DNA of 64,000 nucleotides from a virus. How positions within the stretch are numbered: position 1 is the stretch's first letter; each line of letters opens with the position of its first letter. Shown one piece after another: positions 9,607-17,178 of this stretch. The position numbers and the translations under genes are program-made. Below the pieces are notes generated by a model. That model ran no database searches. It worked only from the letters and a program-made list of their open reading frames with translations, and was not told where the DNA came from. The DNA lies in the IMG/VR virus record IMGVR_UViG_3300035670_000045, positions 62,744-126,743 of that record. One strand, given 5' to 3'.

Positions 9607-9662
9607 AAAGAAGTGGACACTGAATCGGGCCGCTGGCAGGCGGCCCGTCAGGTCACTTCTTT
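9607..9662. terminator. long stem-loop, probable bidirectional terminator
   Basis: AAAGAAGTG...CACTTCTTT enclosing GGGCCGC/GCGGCCC. Confidence 0.65.
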
Positions 9663-9666
9663 CGGC

Positions 9667-10101
9667 TCAGGACGCTGGCGCCACTTCCTGGGGTTTGGTG
9701 ATTTCGATGGCCGCGTCCAGCCCCGCAATCACCCCTTTACCGAACGCCTCTTCCGCACGTTCCTCCGCCGCCTGTTTCTTCTCTTCGACGATCTCGTTGC
9801 CAATCGCACGCCCGGCCATGGTGCCGATGGCGAACCCCACGACGGCACCCGCACCAGCGCCCAGGTTTGCGCCGATGGTCGTCACCGCATTGGCCGTGTC
9901 TTCGCTCACGCCTTCGCCGTCGTGCAGCTTCGGGAGGAGCGTAGCGGCCGTCACCGCTGCACCCACCACGGACCCCACCAGCATGCCGATGGTAGCCCCG
10001 CCGAGTCCGCCCGCGCCGGCGAGGGCCGCACGCCGCATCTTCGCCTCGTTGACCTCGCTCGAGACCATCACGCGCGCCTTCACACCATTGAACTTGCTCA
10101 T
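9667..10101 (-). CDS. glycine-zipper membrane protein
   Basis: Two hydrophobic GxxxG-repeat helices. Confidence 0.7.
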   Translation of the reverse strand: MSKFNGVKARVMVSSEVNEAKMRRAALAGAGGLGGATIGMLVGSVVGAAVTAATLLPKLHDGEGVSEDTANAVTTIGANLGAGAGAVVGFAIGTMAGRAIGNEIVEEKKQAAEERAEEAFGKGVIAGLDAAIEITKPQEVAPAS

Positions 10102-10147
10102 GTGTTTCTTCCGTACAACCGTACGGCTCCTTCAACTCTCTTATCCC
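10099..10147 (-). repeat. ~50-bp leader/promoter repeat, copy 2
   Basis: Near-identical to 9548-9598. Confidence 0.9.
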
Positions 10148-10206
10148 TGACTTGGTACGTGTATTGCGCACATACCTAAAGAACCGGCACTTGCCGGCTG
10201 GGCGGG

Positions 10207-10494
10207 TCAGAGGCCGCCCCCCTCACGCAGGTCCTGCTTGGCCACCAGCTCCCGAATCAAGTAGATGCCTTCACCCTTGGATAGCTCCTGCAGGTCTTCC
10301 TTGGTGAATTGGACGGTCAGGACGACTTTCTCCGTCCGGACCTGCTCCTTGAGTGCATTGAGTGCCTCAGGCGAAAGGGCGCTCTCGAGCGCCGTTTTCG
10401 TGCGCTCGACCACCATACGGCGCCGAGCCATCGACCACACCATCGTGCCCGTGTTGACCAACCGAGCCACCGCAAGCATCGTCTGAAAAATCAT
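10207..10494 (-). CDS. hypothetical protein (cassette gene)
   Basis: GGAGG RBS; GGGGATAAG at 10512-10520. Confidence 0.65.
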   Translation of the reverse strand: MIFQTMLAVARLVNTGTMVWSMARRRMVVERTKTALESALSPEALNALKEQVRTEKVVLTVQFTKEDLQELSKGEGIYLIRELVAKQDLREGGGL

Positions 10495-10560
10495 GTGTAT
10501 CCTCCACTATTCTTATCCCCGGTTTACTCTCCAACCGGTGGAATATGTAAGGGCACACCT

Positions 10561-10590
10561 AAAAAGAAGGGGGCTCAGGCCCCCCTTCTT
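10561..10590 (-). terminator. intrinsic terminator
   Basis: AAGAAGGGGG-loop-CCCCCTTCTT with T-tract on the minus strand. Confidence 0.8.
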
Positions 10591-10967
10591 CACTTCGCGC
10601 GGAGCATGTTCCGCGCGAACCGGGCGGCCGATCCTCCGAGGACCGCGCCTGCCGTGGCACTCGAGGCGATGATGGACTTCCCGCCTTCCGTGCGGGGGAT
10701 GGCCGTACCGTCCTCGGCCGTGGCCGAGGTCAGCTTGGCGCCGATGGCCGCACCGATGGCCGCACCGAAGAGCGCACCACCCATGGTGATGGCGCTTTCC
10801 GTGGCCACTTCGCGCCGGGTGGGCTCGAGGCGGGCGAGGCGGGCGTGAACTTCACGCACCTCGTGCCCGACGATGCGCTCGACCGTGTCCGAGACATCCC
10901 GCACGATGCGGTCGTGCTCGGGGATGGTGGTCTCGTTTTTGGTGAACTCTTGCTGGGTCTGCTTCAT
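10590..10967 (-). CDS. glycine-zipper membrane protein
   Basis: AAGGAGG RBS; GGALFGAAIGAAIG; an in-frame upstream start at 11150 also has an RBS. Confidence 0.65.
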   Translation of the reverse strand: MKQTQQEFTKNETTIPEHDRIVRDVSDTVERIVGHEVREVHARLARLEPTRREVATESAITMGGALFGAAIGAAIGAKLTSATAEDGTAIPRTEGGKSIIASSATAGAVLGGSAARFARNMLRAK

Positions 10968-11196
10968 GTGGTCCTCCTTGTTGTCCCCGTTAGGGGTTCC
11001 TTCATGTCTCTTATCCCTGGATTGACCGGGATTTTGCGACTTCGGCATGGCGTACGTGTCCGCCATGGACGTCATCTCTCCTGCCCAGATGACCCCGCGA
11101 CGCGGGTTGCGGTTTCGGGGGGTGCTCCGTGCGTGCTCCTGGGTATGCATGTGTATCCTCCATGCTTCTTATCCCCGAAACTCGGCGGACATAGCT

Positions 11197-11224
11197 AAAG
11201 AGGAAGGCGTCTGTGCCTTCCTCC
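11197..11224 (-). terminator. intrinsic terminator
   Basis: GAGGAAGGC/GCCTTCCTC stem then TTTAGCT on the minus strand. Confidence 0.7.
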
Positions 11225-11227
11225 GCT

Positions 11228-11572
11228 CTACGCCGAGAGCACCACCCTGCGCATCACCGGGGAGTACCTGGTGACCGTGTTGACGATCTCCACGTACAGC
11301 CGGTGCACATCCGCTGGGATGGGTGCCGACGACCACATGCGGACTTCCTGCCGGGCGTGGTCCACCGTGGCGGAAGCCACGGGTGTCGCCCCTTTCAAGC
11401 TCACGTCCACCGTTGTCCAAGTGAAGATGGCAGAGGGCCGTACGCTGAGCTCCCACGCGCCAGCGTGCGCTACAACTCCACCGTGAGGGGTTCGCTCGGC
11501 CTCCTTGTGCATCTGGAGCACCCGAACGAGTACTCCAGCCAACATCTCGTCCCGTACTTCGTCCATTTCCAT
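11228..11572 (-). CDS. hypothetical protein (cassette gene)
   Basis: AAGGAG RBS; GGGGATAAG at 11620-11628. Confidence 0.65.
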   Translation of the reverse strand: MEMDEVRDEMLAGVLVRVLQMHKEAERTPHGGVVAHAGAWELSVRPSAIFTWTTVDVSLKGATPVASATVDHARQEVRMWSSAPIPADVHRLYVEIVNTVTRYSPVMRRVVLSA

Positions 11573-11656
11573 GGGCGTACTCCTTCAAGGCCCCGAAAAG
11601 TCGGGGGTGTTCTACTTCTCTTATCCCCGAAAGGAGGGCACCGCGGGCAGTGGTGT

Positions 11657-11752
11657 AGCTAAAAGAAACGACGCCAGGAGCCACCCTGACGTCGTTTCCG
11701 AGACCCTACGACCCGAAAGGAGGAGGAAACACCGCCGCAAAGCCTCTCACAG
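11657..11752 (-). ncRNA. candidate small RNA containing an anti-Shine-Dalgarno tract
   Basis: GATAAG motif at 11755-11760, no ORF with an RBS, CCTCCTCC tract, terminator GAAACGACG/CGTCGTTTC plus T-tract. Confidence 0.4.
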
Positions 11753-11823
11753 CTCTTATCACCACACCCCACCTGCTTTTGCAGCGGTGGAATATGTATC
11801 CGGCCCCAGGGGGTAAGGCGCGT

Positions 11824-11840
11824 GGTACCCTTAGGCCATG
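11824..11840 (+). promoter_or_regulatory. leaderless-type -10 element (GGTACCCT-N6-ATG)
   Basis: Same geometry before six other genes at 20-32 kb. Confidence 0.55.
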
Positions 11841-14800
11841 CCGTTTTTGACTGCCGCTGATGCCATCGCGGGCATGAACGCTGCCCAGCACACCTCCATG
11901 TTGAACGGCCTGATGCCGTTCAACACCCAGGCGGAGCAGCTCGCTGGCGGCCTCATGTCCCGCGGAGCGGCGGTCGGGTCTCCCTTGATGGGGGCGGCGA
12001 GTGGCCTTCTCGGTCTGGACCCGTTGTCCATCGGCATGCGGATGGGCACAGCCGCGTATAGCTCCAACATGGTGGGGTTGGCGGGTGCAGCGGGCATCGG
12101 AATCGCTGGCGCAGGTGCAGCGGGCATCGCCGGAATCGGTGCGTCCTACATCGGCGGCCAGATGCAGATGGGCGCCCAGCAGCAGATGCAACTGAACCAG
12201 GGCTTGCGCCAGAACTACAACTTCATGAACGCCCAAGGCGGAATGGGGTTCACTTCGAATCAAGGGTTTCAGATCGGCAGCCACATCCGGTCCATGACGG
12301 AGCAGGCTGGCCCGGGCGGGGAGCACTACGGGTTCGATGAGCTCTCGCGCATCGCACAGAACATGGGGCGTATTGGGGGTGGACAGGGGGTTCGGACCGT
12401 CGAGGAGTTCCGATCCAAGTTCAAAGAGACCCTCGACACCCTGAAAAAGGTCAGCCACGAGCTCGGGGGTACGCTCGAGGACGCCATGAAGGCCATGCAG
12501 AGCATGAAAGGCTCAGGCATCTTCAAGGCGGCAGACCAGGCCAAGATGGCGATGGACATGCGTGTGGGCGCCGTTGCTGGTGGAATGGCTACCAGCGAGC
12601 TCGCAGGCATGGCGTCCATCGGGTCCCAGATCTCTCGAGCGATCGGAGGCCTGGGCAGGTCGGGCGCGAACGCCGGGATCCGGACCATCTCGCAGATCGG
12701 GTCTGCACAGGCGGTGGGTGCCCTCTCGGAGGAGGACATCTACAACGCCACGGGGTTGAACGGGGCGGAAGGCAGGCAGGCCTTGGCGACCTCCCAGCTG
12801 CAGCAGAGCGCCAGGTTCCTCCACTCCTCCAAGGGCAGGTACTTCCTGGCATCTGTCGCCGGGAAAGACGGCCAGTTGAACGAGAACGCGGTGGGGGAGT
12901 GGATGGCCGGCGGCGCCATGACTACGGGGCGTACGGCCGAGATGGCACACCAGAACCTCGCGGGCGTCGGGCGGGCGAACTTCATCCGAAACGAGGGACG
13001 CCTACGCGGGGAAGCCCTGAGTAAATTCGGGGGCCTGGCCCAGTCGATGGCCCTTCAGCAGTGGTTGGCCTCCCGGGGGCATGACCCGAACAACATGGAC
13101 GACAGGTCCATGCTGGCGTTCCAGCGGTTCACCGGGATGGGCCGAGACGAGGCGGACGCGGCGATCAAGCAGATCAACCACATGCCCGAGATCCTCGCCA
13201 ACATGCGGGAGACAGAGCGTGGCCTGGGTGTTGCGGATGCCATGCAGCGCCAACGTGCGACCACGGGAATCGAGGGCCTCAAGAAGAAGGCGGAGCACCT
13301 CAAGGAGCACACGAACAACGCGTTCCAGCAGGCCGGGGCTCGCGTCCTCAAGGCAGGGTCCAACGAGCTCGAGCGTTGGTTCAACGCCATGTCGGACGTG
13401 TACACCCAGACGGTGACCGAGGGCCTGGACCAGGCTGTGCGCCAGATGGAAACGTCCACCGATAAGGCGCAGACGATGAAGGACTTCCGGCGCTCCTTCG
13501 GCTCCGGCGGGCATCGACCTGGCGGCTCGGCTGCAGACCGCGCAAACGGTGCAGCGGGGACCGCCCTTCGCGCCGCAAACAGTGGCTTTGGCGGATCTGC
13601 GTCCATGGGGCTGGGCGCTGCCAACAGCGACATGATCAAGCGGGCGTCCATCGGCGCGTCGTTCGACCCGAACGACCCCAACGGGGCGGACAACGCCCTC
13701 TTGGCGTTCCAGAAGGGGCTAAGCGGGGATGTGCTGAGTCAGTTCCAGGCGATCAAGAAGCGGGAGGACCGTATTGGGTTCATGCAGAACCTACAGATGG
13801 GTGCTGGGGTGAACTCCGACGCCACGATGGCTGCCACCCTGTCCCGTCGGAAGATGCAGTACGGCGGACCCACAAGCGGTTCGAGGTCCGAGGCGGATGC
13901 CCTCGATGAGCAGGCGGCCCTGCTCTTCGGTCGTCGGTCCCGCACCGACGGGGTGCGCGAGGCCGACATGAGCACTGGGGAGCGCCTCCTGACCGACATG
14001 TTCACTGGAAACGCGGTGGTCGGAGGGGCCGTGGCCAGCCTCTTCAAGGGCGGGAGGGGTGCGCCCTCCGTCAGCGAGTCGCGCACCCGTACGGCTGGCG
14101 CGGTTTCCCGCTTCTACGACCGCATCACCGGTCGGGCAGAGTACGACGAGGGCGCTGCCGGCCTCCTGAACGACCGCCGGACCAAGGACATGATCGCCGA
14201 CCTCTACCAGGGGGACGACGACGACAAGAAGCTCGCACGCAGTCGGATGTACGACGAAGTTCAGAAAATGCGGACCGGGGCTGCAGGCGGGAAGCTGAGC
14301 AACGCGGACCAGGGGAAGGTGGCAGCTTTGTCTGCCATGGCTCTGGCCTCGGACCCCGAGTACAAGAAGCTGATGGAGGACATGAACTCCGGGAAGGCGT
14401 CTCCGGCGGACTCCTCGCGCGTTGCCGAGGAGATGCGCCGTCTGACCGGGAACCCAAGCTTGAGTGACTCCGACGTCAACAAGCTCGTCGGGGTGGGCCT
14501 CAACGGGGGGTCGATCGCTGTCCGTGACCGGCAGGCAAAGGACTTCGAAGCCTACGCCTCGAAGCTTCGGGTACGTACGGAGGACGAGAAGAACCGACTC
14601 CAGAGCTACGGAAGTGCGGTGCGTGGAAAGGACGGCAAGCTCACCGTCACCGGCGTGGGCAAGGAGCGGTCGGACTTCACCGACTCCATCGCCTCGGACA
14701 TGACCAACATCCTGAATCGCTCGAACGTCACGTCGGATGACGTTCGCGGGACGTTGGCTGCCCAAGACGACTTGAACGCCAAGATCGCCGGCGCCTCCAT

Positions 14801-15317
14801 GAAGGACCGTGAGCTCGTCGCGCGGAAGTTCGTCGGTACGGCCGCGGGAGATGCAGCTGCCCGCTCGCTGAGCGCGGAGCGCCGGTTCAAGGGAGCGGCC
14901 AAGCGGTACGGCAGCATCGGCGGAGCTGTCGAGTCGATGTTCGGCTTCGACATGGACCAGTCGGAGGCGGCACGCCTGAAGGGTATGAGCGCGGACGAGC
15001 AGTCCGGGTACCTCGCCCAGAAAATGGGCCTGTCGAAGGAAGAGACCGAGCGTCTCAAGTCGGCCATGGGCGAGAAGAACGACGGTCTTCGCGCGTCGCG
15101 CCTCGAAGAGCTCAAAGCCGGCCTCAAGGGCAAGGCGGCCGAGCAGCTCAAGGAGCGCGAGGAAGGAAAACGGGACCCCAACGTGGTACAGCTCGAGAAG
15201 ATCCGCGAGAACGCGGAGAAGCAGTCGGGGTACCTCAAGGCGATGGCCACCATCGCCGTTGGTTCGGACCAGAAGCTCCAAGAGCTCGTCAACAAGAAGG
15301 ACCCGGAGAAGACATGA
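11838..15317 (+). CDS. tail tape measure protein
   Basis: 1159 aa, Ala/Gly/Met/Gln-rich, no Cys, upstream of baseplate-like genes. Confidence 0.75.
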   Translation: MPFLTAADAIAGMNAAQHTSMLNGLMPFNTQAEQLAGGLMSRGAAVGSPLMGAASGLLGLDPLSIGMRMGTAAYSSNMVGLAGAAGIGIAGAGAAGIAGIGASYIGGQMQMGAQQQMQLNQGLRQNYNFMNAQGGMGFTSNQGFQIGSHIRSMTEQAGPGGEHYGFDELSRIAQNMGRIGGGQGVRTVEEFRSKFKETLDTLKKVSHELGGTLEDAMKAMQSMKGSGIFKAADQAKMAMDMRVGAVAGGMATSELAGMASIGSQISRAIGGLGRSGANAGIRTISQIGSAQAVGALSEEDIYNATGLNGAEGRQALATSQLQQSARFLHSSKGRYFLASVAGKDGQLNENAVGEWMAGGAMTTGRTAEMAHQNLAGVGRANFIRNEGRLRGEALSKFGGLAQSMALQQWLASRGHDPNNMDDRSMLAFQRFTGMGRDEADAAIKQINHMPEILANMRETERGLGVADAMQRQRATTGIEGLKKKAEHLKEHTNNAFQQAGARVLKAGSNELERWFNAMSDVYTQTVTEGLDQAVRQMETSTDKAQTMKDFRRSFGSGGHRPGGSAADRANGAAGTALRAANSGFGGSASMGLGAANSDMIKRASIGASFDPNDPNGADNALLAFQKGLSGDVLSQFQAIKKREDRIGFMQNLQMGAGVNSDATMAATLSRRKMQYGGPTSGSRSEADALDEQAALLFGRRSRTDGVREADMSTGERLLTDMFTGNAVVGGAVASLFKGGRGAPSVSESRTRTAGAVSRFYDRITGRAEYDEGAAGLLNDRRTKDMIADLYQGDDDDKKLARSRMYDEVQKMRTGAAGGKLSNADQGKVAALSAMALASDPEYKKLMEDMNSGKASPADSSRVAEEMRRLTGNPSLSDSDVNKLVGVGLNGGSIAVRDRQAKDFEAYASKLRVRTEDEKNRLQSYGSAVRGKDGKLTVTGVGKERSDFTDSIASDMTNILNRSNVTSDDVRGTLAAQDDLNAKIAGASMKDRELVARKFVGTAAGDAAARSLSAERRFKGAAKRYGSIGGAVESMFGFDMDQSEAARLKGMSADEQSGYLAQKMGLSKEETERLKSAMGEKNDGLRASRLEELKAGLKGKAAEQLKEREEGKRDPNVVQLEKIRENAEKQSGYLKAMATIAVGSDQKLQELVNKKDPEKT

Positions 15318-15577
15318 GATCCCTACTCTTCCAAGGCCAGAGCACCCTTCGCGAGCCGGTGAACTGTGGTCCTGGGCGCCAGGAGGTCGAGACCGCGGTC
15401 ACGCACCAGGGCCGTACCTACCGCATGATTCTCCGCGACAAGACCGTGGAGCTCGACCCGTACCTCGTCCTCGTCAAGGCGGCGGCGTTCGCGGTCAAGA
15501 CTGGCGAGCCCTACATGGGCAGGCCAGTCACTCGGGACGTGCGCCGAATCTACACCCGTAACAGCACTTCGAGCTGA
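15314..15577 (+). CDS. small hypothetical protein
   Basis: GGAG RBS, ATGA overlap with tape measure stop. Confidence 0.55.
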   Translation: MRSLLFQGQSTLREPVNCGPGRQEVETAVTHQGRTYRMILRDKTVELDPYLVLVKAAAFAVKTGEPYMGRPVTRDVRRIYTRNSTSS

Positions 15578-15585
15578 GGATCACC

Positions 15586-17178
15586 GTGGCGGTCTACATC
15601 GAACTGGTCACCGAGCTCGGGAAACAAACCAACCTCTCTGGCAAGGAGAAGGCGGGGAAAGCATCTGTTCGACGCCCATTGCGTGGCATCGAGCTCAAGG
15701 AGGACGCCTACGCCTACATCAAGCTGGTGAAGCGGGATGGTACGGCCATCGAGCTCTTGGACTCGAGCGCGTACTCCGGGAAGAGCGAGGAGTACTCGAA
15801 CTTCATCCTCACGAGCGTCACTGACCAGCGGATGGAGAAGCAGCAGCTCATCGAGACCTTCGGAGCGGACTACCTGATGCTGTTCGGGGAGGCGCCGCAC
15901 TTCCTCCAGGTCTCCGCCATGCTCTTGGACACCCACGACTTCGACTGGAAGGCGGAGTTTCTGGAGAACTACGACAAGTACCTTCGTGGGACGAAAGCCA
16001 TCGAGCAAGGGGCACGGGCGTACCTCTTCTACAACGGGGCCATCGTCGAAGGGTACATGCTGAACACCAGCATTGCCGAGGATGCGACCCAACAGCACCT
16101 CGTCCCCATGAGCTTCCAGTTCTTCGTGACGAACTACCAGGTGGTGCGAGTCACAGAGGACTCCGGGAACTTCCCGGTGCGCTCGAGCGTGGTGCTGCCC
16201 GACGGCATCACGGTGGACGACCTGCGCTCCCCCCTGAGCGGAGAGCTCATGGACGCCCTCTTGGCCAATGGGGACGGAGCCCAGTCCGGGTTCACCAACC
16301 AATCCTTGCCGTTCGACCAGCCGTTGCGCAGTCGAATCTCTGACAACTACGACGAGTACACGGCCCCTCCGCCCAAGCTGCCAAGCCCCAACGAGGGGGA
16401 CGAGTTGGCACGTCAGCTTCAGGAATCGGCCGAGAAGCTCGACAAGATGCTGGGTGATCTGCAGCAGGCGTACGGCGTGGACCCGAACCAGTCCCACCAC
16501 CCTGACACCATGCGTGGGCTCGGGTACGGCCCTTCGTTTGGCCGAGCGGGCGTGGGCATCGGGGCGTTCGCGAGCGCTCGGGTAGGGGCATCGTTCGGGG
16601 CTCGGGTGGGGGCATCCGTGGGTGTGCGTGTCGGGGCTTTCGCTTCCGCCGGTGTCCGATTGGGGTTCAATGCAGGGGCCGGGGTGAGTCTCGGAGCAGG
16701 CGCCCGCGTGGGGTTCGGGGTAGGGGCCAGTGTTGGGGTTCGAGCCGGGGTCAACGTGGGCGGCTACTCGGGCTATGGGATGGGGATTGGGGCTCGCGCG
16801 GGTGTGGGCTTTGGCGTTGGCGTTGGGGCTCGTTTTGGGGTGCAGCCCAGTCTGAGCTCAGGGGCCTCGTTCGGGGCCGTCCCCTACGCCTCCCCGGGGG
16901 TGTACGGCGGGTCGTACGCCAACGCGTACCTCGGACAGTCTGGGTTGGGCGGTGGGTACGCTGGGGCGAACGCCTCCCTGGGACCGTTGGGCGTCCCCGG
17001 GCTCATCTCGCTTGGTAGCTCGTACGCAGGGTCAACGGGACTGGGTGCCAGCATCCACGTGGGCGGGACACCAAGCGCATTCGGGTTTGGTGCGTACGGC
17101 GGAGCCCTTACCAACACGGGGATACCGCCCCGCCCCGCGATCAACCTGTACTCGAACTCGTGGGGTTGGCACTCGTGA
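15586..17178 (+). CDS. putative tail/baseplate protein with Gly-rich periodic C-terminus
   Basis: Follows tape measure; globular N-terminal domain then GARVGASVGVRVG-type repeats. Confidence 0.55.
   Translation: MAVYIELVTELGKQTNLSGKEKAGKASVRRPLRGIELKEDAYAYIKLVKRDGTAIELLDSSAYSGKSEEYSNFILTSVTDQRMEKQQLIETFGADYLMLFGEAPHFLQVSAMLLDTHDFDWKAEFLENYDKYLRGTKAIEQGARAYLFYNGAIVEGYMLNTSIAEDATQQHLVPMSFQFFVTNYQVVRVTEDSGNFPVRSSVVLPDGITVDDLRSPLSGELMDALLANGDGAQSGFTNQSLPFDQPLRSRISDNYDEYTAPPPKLPSPNEGDELARQLQESAEKLDKMLGDLQQAYGVDPNQSHHPDTMRGLGYGPSFGRAGVGIGAFASARVGASFGARVGASVGVRVGAFASAGVRLGFNAGAGVSLGAGARVGFGVGASVGVRAGVNVGGYSGYGMGIGARAGVGFGVGVGARFGVQPSLSSGASFGAVPYASPGVYGGSYANAYLGQSGLGGGYAGANASLGPLGVPGLISLGSSYAGSTGLGASIHVGGTPSAFGFGAYGGALTNTGIPPRPAINLYSNSWGWHS

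Noticed and set aside
9548-11760. CRISPR array or integron attC array
   Set aside because: Repeats are short, irregularly spaced and separated by whole genes; no cas or integrase gene and no clear attC boxes.
13791-15281. 496-aa minus-strand ORF and many other long antisense ORFs
   Set aside because: Shadow frames of high-GC genes with no RBS or recognisable motifs.
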